A stretch of DNA of 64,000 nt from Chitinophagaceae bacterium (GTDB taxonomy: Bacteria; Bacteroidota; Bacteroidia; Chitinophagales; Chitinophagaceae), in NCBI GenBank assembly GCA_028288595.1, contig JAQBNK010000033.1, positions 26-64,025 of the forward strand, given 5' to 3'. The number at the start of each line of letters is the position of its first letter. Positions within the stretch are counted from its first letter, which is position 1. The translations under genes and the position numbers were made by a program. Under the pieces are notes generated by a model. It made no database searches. It saw nothing but the letters and a program-made list of their open reading frames with translations, and was not told the DNA's origin. Of this stretch, positions 9,015-15,276 are shown piece after piece.

Positions 9015-9287
9015 ATGCCTAAGTATGTAATAGAAAGAGAAATTCCCGGTGCAGGAAAATTATCCGCCGAACAATTGAAAGGTATCTCGCAAACCTCCTG
9101 CGGCGTCTTAAGTAAGATGGGCCCACAGATACAATGGGTAAATAGTTTTGTAACGGGCGATAAGATATACTGTGTTTACATTGCACCCAACGAAGAAATG
9201 GTTCGTGAACATGCAAAGCAGGGAGGTTTTCCTGCCAACTCAGTGAACGAGGTATCAACTATTATAGATCCAACCACGGCAGAATAA
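9015..9287 (+). CDS. DUF4242-family small protein
   Basis: 90 aa from ATG 9015 (MPKYVIEREIPGAGKLS ... KIYCVYIAPNEEMVREHAKQGGFPA). The track ORF start at 8967 adds a hydrophobic low-complexity extension and is judged unlikely. Confidence 0.6.
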   Translation: MPKYVIEREIPGAGKLSAEQLKGISQTSCGVLSKMGPQIQWVNSFVTGDKIYCVYIAPNEEMVREHAKQGGFPANSVNEVSTIIDPTTAE

Positions 9288-9330
9288 ATTAATTACCAGT
9301 TCCACAGATTAAACAACCTTACCTTGGCTT

Positions 9331-9891
9331 ATGAAGATTTATGTAAAAAACATGGCCTGTGAAAGTTGCAAAGTTGTGGTTAGGGTTGCCTTGGAAGAAC
9401 TCGACATTCATGCAGTAAAAATAGAATTAGGTGAAATAGAAACGAAAGCAGATGTTACCGACGATGAAAAACGACAACTAAACCGCATTATCAAAAAAGC
9501 AGGTTTGGAATTATTAGAAAAAAAACAGGGGATAATAATTGAGAAGATCAGGAAAGTGATGGTTGATTATGTTTATAATTCAGACGAAAAACCTACCGCT
9601 AATTTTTCCACTTTATTAAGCAGGGAGTTAAATCATAATTATACCTACCTGTCCAACTTTTTTTCCGAGATAGAGGCTACAACGATAGAGCAGTATGTTA
9701 TTTCTTTGAAAATAGAAAGAATAAAAGAGTTAATTGTTCTCGAAGAATATTCACTTTCAGAAATTGCAAATAAGTTGCATTACAGCAGTGTTGCGCATTT
9801 ATCCAACCAGTTTAAGAAAGTAACCGGGGTAACGCCATCACATTTTAAAAGACTAAAAGAGAAAAGAAGAATCACCATCCAGGAATTATAA
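9331..9891 (+). CDS. AraC-family transcriptional regulator with N-terminal HMA-like CxxC domain
   Basis: 186 aa. The N-terminus is MKIYVKNMACESCKVVV (a ferredoxin-fold metal-binding-like M-x-C-x-x-C). The C-terminus is an AraC HTH (LSEIANKLHYSSVAHLSNQFKKVTGVTPSHFK). Confidence 0.75.
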   Translation: MKIYVKNMACESCKVVVRVALEELDIHAVKIELGEIETKADVTDDEKRQLNRIIKKAGLELLEKKQGIIIEKIRKVMVDYVYNSDEKPTANFSTLLSRELNHNYTYLSNFFSEIEATTIEQYVISLKIERIKELIVLEEYSLSEIANKLHYSSVAHLSNQFKKVTGVTPSHFKRLKEKRRITIQEL

Positions 9892-9903
9892 GCAGTTCGT
9901 TTT

Positions 9904-11247
9904 TTAAAACTGAAGCATGAACGCCGTACCCTCGCCCATTACAGACTGAACCTGTATATTTCCTTTATGCAGCAACATGATCTGTTTGCATAAACTCAGA
10001 CCAATACCACTTCCGTTTTTCTTCGTACTAAAGAAGGGAATAAAAATTTTATCCAGCAATTCTTCTTCTATTCCTGAACCGTTATCAGCAATGCGAATTA
10101 TTTTTCTTTTAAAAGACGTTTCATACGCTGTTAAAGTAATTTTTGGTTGCGGCCTGTCTTTCACTGCTTCGATTGCATTGATAATAAGATTGATAACAAC
10201 CTGTTCAACGAGTTCGGGGTCGAGCTCAATATTCAATTCGGGTTCTTTCAATAAAATTTCGAGTTCAATATTTTTCTGATCGAGTGTGGGTTGCATTAAC
10301 TGGTGCATGGTGCTGAATAGTTCCCGCACATATACTTTCCGAACATTAGGTGTAGTGATCTTATTCAGGTTGCGATAAGTCTCGGCAAATTTCAGAAGTC
10401 CCTCGCTTCGTTTGCGGATCGTGGCAATTCCTAATTTAAGGTCTTCCCACTCACCCTCATCCGCATCTATACTCGCAACAGATACAGCCAGCCTGTTCTC
10501 CAGCGTATTTGCAAGCGATGATATAGGCGCAACCGAATTCATGATCTCATGTGTAAGTACACTTAATAATCTTTGCCATGCCTTCGATTCTGTTTCATCC
10601 AGCGCTTCATCAACATTCTGAAAAGCGATCAGTTTATATTTTCTCGAATCTGTTTGAAAAGCAGTTGCGGATAACAACATTTTAAAAGTGCGATTGTCCA
10701 CATGTGCAGTAGCAATCTTTTGATCGCCGGGTTTAATGTCCAAAACAAGTTGCGCTAATTCAGAATCTCTTTTAGTAAGGCTGCTAACCGTTTTTAAATA
10801 CGGAAGGCCCAATAATTTTTTTAGTGATTCATTCATCCATACTACTTCCCCGGTTTCAGTATCGAAAGAAAGAATACCGGTATCTACCAGCTCCAGTATC
10901 TTTTGTAAATATTGATACTGTGTTTCTTTTTCCTTACTGATAACCTTAAAAGTGGTGTTGATATCATTAAAACCTTTTCTTAAAGCTTTAATTTCCATTG
11001 GCGCATTGCGCACATTAAAATAGCGGGAGAAATCACGATAGTGTATAGACTCAACAAACTCTTCAACTTCCTCCTGTGCTTTGCGGTGAAGACGATAAAA
11101 ATCCGCGATCTGCATCAATATTACAGGAACAAGAATGATCTCATAAACGTACCACTCTTTAAAAACACAAAATGACGCCACGCTAATAACGGCCGTCATC
11201 AGCACCACCTTCACCAGGATCAGCCATTCATTCTTTTTATATGTCAT
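9904..11247 (-). CDS. sensor histidine kinase (two N-terminal TM helices with a minimal loop, PAS-like region, HisKA, HATPase_c)
   Basis: 447 aa. TM1 is roughly aa 8-29, the loop is KEWY, and TM2 is roughly aa 34-51. The H-box is LSVLTHEIMNSVAPI, and the ATPase boxes are NLIINAIEA and DNGSGI ... GSGIGLSLCKQIM. It overlaps the response regulator gene by 11 nt. Confidence 0.85.
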   Translation of the reverse strand: MTYKKNEWLILVKVVLMTAVISVASFCVFKEWYVYEIILVPVILMQIADFYRLHRKAQEEVEEFVESIHYRDFSRYFNVRNAPMEIKALRKGFNDINTTFKVISKEKETQYQYLQKILELVDTGILSFDTETGEVVWMNESLKKLLGLPYLKTVSSLTKRDSELAQLVLDIKPGDQKIATAHVDNRTFKMLLSATAFQTDSRKYKLIAFQNVDEALDETESKAWQRLLSVLTHEIMNSVAPISSLANTLENRLAVSVASIDADEGEWEDLKLGIATIRKRSEGLLKFAETYRNLNKITTPNVRKVYVRELFSTMHQLMQPTLDQKNIELEILLKEPELNIELDPELVEQVVINLIINAIEAVKDRPQPKITLTAYETSFKRKIIRIADNGSGIEEELLDKIFIPFFSTKKNGSGIGLSLCKQIMLLHKGNIQVQSVMGEGTAFMLQF

Positions 11248-12598
11248 ATTTACTTAGTCTCCGGTATAAAGCAGTACGGGTTAACCCGAGTTCTTTCGCT
11301 GCTTTGGTAATATTACCCTGGTGTTTTTCGATCACTTTCAGGATCGTGTTTTTTTCCATTGTACTCAGCTTGAAATCGGCGGGTTCATCACTCATCGTTA
11401 TTTCACCGGTACTTGATTCAATAGGAGAAAATAAGAGATCTTTTTCAGATAATACACTTCCTTCAGCCATGATCATTGCTCTTTCGATCGTATACTGTAG
11501 CTCTCTCACATTGCCAGGAAAAGGATATTGCTGTAATTTTTTCAATGCACCGTCTGCCAGTTCAATATTATTCTTAAAATATTTTTTCTCATACATCTTT
11601 AAAAAATGTTTCGCCAGCAGTGGAATGTCATCAGGTCTTTTTCTTAATGGGGGAACGGTGATCTCTACAGTATTGATCCGGTAAATAAGATCCTTCCTGA
11701 AGCGGTTCTCATTCGCCATTTCTGATAAAGGAACATTGGTTGCGCAGATGAGCCGTATGTCTACGGGCACAGGTTGATTGGCGCCCAGCCGCGTTACCTG
11801 CCGGTTCTGCAAAACAGATAAAAGTTTCGCTTGTTGCTGCAGGCTGATATTTCCTATTTCATCAAGAAATAAAGTACCGCCATTGGCTGTTTCAAATCTT
11901 CCCACACGGTCTTCTCTGGCATCTGTAAATGCTCCTTTTTTATGCCCGAACAATTCACTCTCGAACAGAGATTCTGTAAGCGCACCTACATCCACTTTTA
12001 CAAAAGGCTGGTTTTTACGGAGCGACCTGTCATGTATGGCTTTCGAAATAAGATCCTTACCAGTTCCGTTCTCACCCAGTATTAAAATATTAGCGTCTGT
12101 AGGCGCTACTTTTTCAATCTTATAAAAAATGTCCTGCATTATTTCAGATTCGCCCAGCAGGTCTGATGCTGAAAAATCAGGTGCGTGTTTTTTTTCACCC
12201 GCAAATGCAGGACTTTTCTTCAATGCTTCGGAAATCGTTTCTACTAATTTTTCGTTGTGCCAGGGCTTTACAACAAAATCAGCGGCGCCTTCTTTTAGCG
12301 ATCTTACCGCCAGGTCAATATGACCATAAGCTGTGATCATGATCACGCAAACAGAAGGCTGCATTTCTTTGATCCGCTTCAGCCAGTAAATTCCTTCGTT
12401 GCCGGTATTAATAGAACTGTTGAAGTTCATATCCAGCAAAACCAGGTCGTAATGTGGCTTTGCCAGTAACGAAGTAATATTTTCCGGGTTCTTTTCAGTA
12501 ACCACTTCTTTTACTTCTGTTTTCAGCAAGAGTCTGACCGCAGTCAGTACATCGGGGTCGTCATCAATGACGAGTATCGAACATTTTTTAAGGTTCAT
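11237..12598 (-). CDS. sigma-54-dependent (NtrC/Fis-family) response regulator
   Basis: It has a REC domain (ILVIDDDPDV ... LLDMNF), an AAA+ domain (Walker A GENGTGKD, ESELFGHKKGAFTDA as a GAFTGA variant, LFLDEIG) and a C-terminal Fis HTH (GNITKAAKELGLTRTALYRRL). ATG 12596-12598 is preferred over the TTG at 12613 used by the track. Confidence 0.9.
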   Translation of the reverse strand: MNLKKCSILVIDDDPDVLTAVRLLLKTEVKEVVTEKNPENITSLLAKPHYDLVLLDMNFNSSINTGNEGIYWLKRIKEMQPSVCVIMITAYGHIDLAVRSLKEGAADFVVKPWHNEKLVETISEALKKSPAFAGEKKHAPDFSASDLLGESEIMQDIFYKIEKVAPTDANILILGENGTGKDLISKAIHDRSLRKNQPFVKVDVGALTESLFESELFGHKKGAFTDAREDRVGRFETANGGTLFLDEIGNISLQQQAKLLSVLQNRQVTRLGANQPVPVDIRLICATNVPLSEMANENRFRKDLIYRINTVEITVPPLRKRPDDIPLLAKHFLKMYEKKYFKNNIELADGALKKLQQYPFPGNVRELQYTIERAMIMAEGSVLSEKDLLFSPIESSTGEITMSDEPADFKLSTMEKNTILKVIEKHQGNITKAAKELGLTRTALYRRLSKYDI

Positions 12599-12687
12599 AG
12601 TAGTGAATCGCAAAATACATTCTATTAATATACCATTTTCCTAATTAGCTCTAACTGAGTGGATTATTTTTTTATTACCGCAAGCAG

Positions 12688-12714
12688 GGTGTATCAAAAC
12701 CGTACACCTGTTGT
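12688..12714. promoter_or_regulatory. conserved palindromic element, copy A (GGTGTA-n9-TACACC + CTGTTGT)
   Basis: ggtgtatcaaaaccgtacacctgttgt. It is near-identical to 40559-40585 and 18/21 identical to 51834-51854. It sits in the divergent regulator/adaptor intergenic region, 203 nt upstream of the adaptor start. Confidence 0.55.
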
Positions 12715-12830
12715 TCAGAAGCGGACGATAAGCCTCGTAAATAAATTACTTAGCAATTCATTTTCAAACAGTTAAGGTTCTGGCACTAATTTGATAAATA
12801 TCCTGTCAGTGTTTCTCATGTGCAATATTG

Positions 12831-12860
12831 AACCGGGTGTTTTTACACCGGGTTATTTTT
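12831..12860 (+). terminator. terminator-like leader hairpin upstream of the adaptor gene (candidate attenuator)
   Basis: aaccgggtgt (12831-12840), loop tttt, acaccgggtt (12845-12854), then attttt. This is a perfect 10-bp stem plus a T-tract on the plus strand, 31 nt before the GTG start at 12891. No upstream plus-strand gene exists for it to terminate. Confidence 0.5.
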
Positions 12861-12890
12861 AAAAATTTCTAAACTAAAACTTAAAAAACC

Positions 12891-14147
12891 GTGGACAGAG
12901 TCGTTGCCAAAAAGAGATGGAGCCGTAAAAGAATTCTTACAATCGCAGCAATAGTTGGTATTGTGGCATTAATAGCAGGAAGCGTTTATTACACATCAGG
13001 AAAATCAAAATTGAATGTAGACACCGAGCGCATTACTGTAAGCACTGTCACCAAGGGCCCCTTCCAGGTAACCATTCCGGTAAATGGCATTGTATTACCC
13101 ATCAGCACAATTTACCTGGATGCCACTGAAGGCGGAAGAGTAGAAGAGAAATATGTTGAAGATGGCGCAGTGATGAAAAAAGGCGAGCCTATTTTGAGGC
13201 TTTCCAACACAGATCTTACCCTCAATCTCGTAACCCAGGAAACATCGGTATATAATTTATTAACCCAAATGCAGATAGCCCGTACTGCGGCCCAGCAGAA
13301 TACGGTTTCTAAACTGAACCAGATGACAGATGTAGATAATGCATTGAAAGAAGCTGAAAGGGTCTACCTGCTGGATAAACATTTATACGAGCAGAAAGCA
13401 ATTGGGTCGCAGGAATACAAACAGGCTGAAAACAATTATAATTACCAGTTACAAAAGAAAAAGCTGACACAACAAATATTAAAACAGGATTCTGTTACAA
13501 CGAACCAGGGTGTGGCACAGGCTAAACAATTATACGACGGATCACAAAACGCTTTGCAGCTTACCCGTAAAAAAGTAGGTGACCTGATTGTAAGAGCGCC
13601 GGTTGACGGACAACTAACATCGCTTGATGCAGAGATAGGACAAAATAAAAATAAAGGTGAGCGCCTGGGCCAGCTGGATGTGCTGAGCGGGTTTAAAGTA
13701 CGTGTAGATGTTGATGAACATTATATCTCGCAGGTATATACGGGTTTACTTGGCACTTTCACTTTTGCTGATAAAAATTATACACTGAAAATTCAAAAGA
13801 TCTATACGCAGGTTACGAATGGCCGTTTCCAGGTGGATATGATGTTTGTGGGTGCGGTTCCGCAAGGTATCCGTCGCGGGCAAACACTGCAGATCTTATT
13901 AGCGTTGAGTGACGAAACACAGGCTATCCTTCTTCCTAAAGGCGGTTTCTACCAACAAACCGGTGGTAACTGGATATTTAAAGTAAGCGATAACGGCAGC
14001 ACGGCTTTTAAAACCGATATACAATTAGGAAGACAGAATACTGATTACTACGAAGTATTACAGGGATTAAAACCAGGAGAGAAAGTAGTGACATCCAGTT
14101 ATGAAAATTATGGGACGATGCAGGAACTGGTGCTGAAGAAGAATTAG
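12891..14147 (+). CDS. HlyD/MacA-family periplasmic adaptor (membrane fusion protein)
   Basis: 418 aa. It has an N-terminal TM anchor (ILTIAAIVGIVALIAGSVYY), a lipoyl/barrel segment, a long coiled-coil-like Q/K-rich hairpin (aa ~110-230), and LIVRAPVDGQLTSL, typical of MFPs. It starts with GTG, and there is no in-frame ATG nearby. Confidence 0.85.
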   Translation: MDRVVAKKRWSRKRILTIAAIVGIVALIAGSVYYTSGKSKLNVDTERITVSTVTKGPFQVTIPVNGIVLPISTIYLDATEGGRVEEKYVEDGAVMKKGEPILRLSNTDLTLNLVTQETSVYNLLTQMQIARTAAQQNTVSKLNQMTDVDNALKEAERVYLLDKHLYEQKAIGSQEYKQAENNYNYQLQKKKLTQQILKQDSVTTNQGVAQAKQLYDGSQNALQLTRKKVGDLIVRAPVDGQLTSLDAEIGQNKNKGERLGQLDVLSGFKVRVDVDEHYISQVYTGLLGTFTFADKNYTLKIQKIYTQVTNGRFQVDMMFVGAVPQGIRRGQTLQILLALSDETQAILLPKGGFYQQTGGNWIFKVSDNGSTAFKTDIQLGRQNTDYYEVLQGLKPGEKVVTSSYENYGTMQELVLKKN

Positions 14148-14168
14148 GAGTGATGAGTGATGAGTGAC
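14148..14168. repeat. 3 x heptamer gagtgat/gagtgat/gagtgac directly after the adaptor stop codon
   Basis: Read directly; it begins 1 nt after TAG 14145-14147. Confidence 0.9.
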
Positions 14169-14226
14169 GGATCAAACATTAAAATTTTAATTCGAAAATT
14201 GAAATAACCAAAACATAAACTAACAA

Positions 14227-14418
14227 ATGAAACTGCTGATACATTTACCGCTGCTGGCTTTCTGCCTGAGCCTGACGGGACCACCGCTGCAGAAAGCTGA
14301 TAGTTTTAAGGTGGTGGAAAAAGTAAAAACCAAAAAAATTTCGCAGAAGAAAGATTCGACAGACGCGGAAGAACCTATCTATCAATTTCTTCTTTCGATC
14401 ATAACAAATAAATTTTAA
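14227..14418 (+). CDS. possible small secreted/lipid-anchored Lys-rich peptide (63 aa), uncertain
   Basis: It is the only plus-strand ORF in the 348-nt adaptor-ATPase gap. The N-terminus is signal-peptide-like (MKLLIHLPLLAFCLSLTG) and is followed by a charged KVVEKVKTKKISQKKDSTDAEEP tail. I recognise no homology. Confidence 0.3.
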   Translation: MKLLIHLPLLAFCLSLTGPPLQKADSFKVVEKVKTKKISQKKDSTDAEEPIYQFLLSIITNKF

Positions 14419-14495
14419 ATCAAATAGAAAACAGTTATACGATGAAATCGAGTTTACGAGATTCCATCTGACCATTAAAAAAATAAAAATATACA

Positions 14496-15182
14496 ATGAA
14501 ACACATGATCAAAATCACCAACCTGGAAAAGATCTACCGTACAGAAGAGGTAGAAACTGTAGCCCTTAACAAATTGAACATGGATGTTAAAGAAGGAGAA
14601 TTTGTTGCCGTGATGGGACCTTCTGGTTGCGGCAAATCTACCCTGCTTAACATTTTGGGGTTGCTGGACGAACCTGATACCGGCAGCTTTGAATTTAATG
14701 GCCAGGAGATCGCTCATTATAATGAAAGAAAAAGAGCCGACATCCGTAAACACAATATCGGTTTCGTGTTTCAGAGTTTTAACCTGATAGATGAACTTAC
14801 TGTTTTTGAAAACGTAGAACTTCCTTTAATATATACCGGTGTTTCAACGGTAGAAAGAAAAAAGCGTGTTGAAGAAGTGCTTGATAAAATGCAGATCATG
14901 CATCGCCGTAATCACTACCCACAGCAATTATCCGGTGGTCAGCAACAGCGTGTGGCTGTAGCAAGAGCCGTGGTAAACAAACCCAAACTGATCCTCGCGG
15001 ATGAGCCTACAGGAAACCTCGATTCATCGAATGGTAACGAAGTGATGGAATTGTTAACAGACCTGAATGAGCACGGCACCACTATCATCATGGTAACGCA
15101 CTCTGAACATGATGCACGTTACAGTCACCGTATTATCCGAATGCTGGACGGACAGACCGTTACTGAAAATATACTGGTATAA
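14496..15182 (+). CDS. ABC transporter ATP-binding protein, MacB/LolD-type NBD (ATPase 1)
   Basis: 228 aa. Walker A is GPSGCGKST, the Q-loop is FVFQSFNL, the signature is LSGGQQQRVAVARA, Walker B/D-loop is LILADEPTGNLD, and the H-loop is VTHSE. Confidence 0.93.
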   Translation: MKHMIKITNLEKIYRTEEVETVALNKLNMDVKEGEFVAVMGPSGCGKSTLLNILGLLDEPDTGSFEFNGQEIAHYNERKRADIRKHNIGFVFQSFNLIDELTVFENVELPLIYTGVSTVERKKRVEEVLDKMQIMHRRNHYPQQLSGGQQQRVAVARAVVNKPKLILADEPTGNLDSSNGNEVMELLTDLNEHGTTIIMVTHSEHDARYSHRIIRMLDGQTVTENILV

Positions 15183-15197
15183 ACGTGAATTGTGAGT

Positions 15198-15240
15198 CGT
15201 GAAACGTGAATGCATTGAGACTCACGATTCACGTTTCACG
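15198..15240 (+). repeat. perfect 14-bp stem hairpin between ATPase 1 and permease 1
   Basis: cgtgaaacgtgaat (15198-15211), a 15-nt loop, then attcacgtttcacg (15227-15240). It is built from cgtgaa/ttcacg words and has no T-tract. Confidence 0.85.
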
Positions 15241-15276
15241 ATCTTACGCTTCTCTGCCGCTTATAAATCCATCTCC

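Noticed and set aside
12781-12796. TGGCACtaattTGAt as a canonical sigma-54 -24/-12 promoter for the adaptor operon, with the analogous AGGCAT at 40651 and AGGCAC at 51891.
   Set aside because: The -24 GGCAC is good, but the GC of the -12 element is absent at the obligatory GG-n10-GC spacing: TTGA is one position too close in copy A, and there is no TTGC in B or C. It is kept only as a hypothesis within the palindromic-element finding. A transcription start map is needed.
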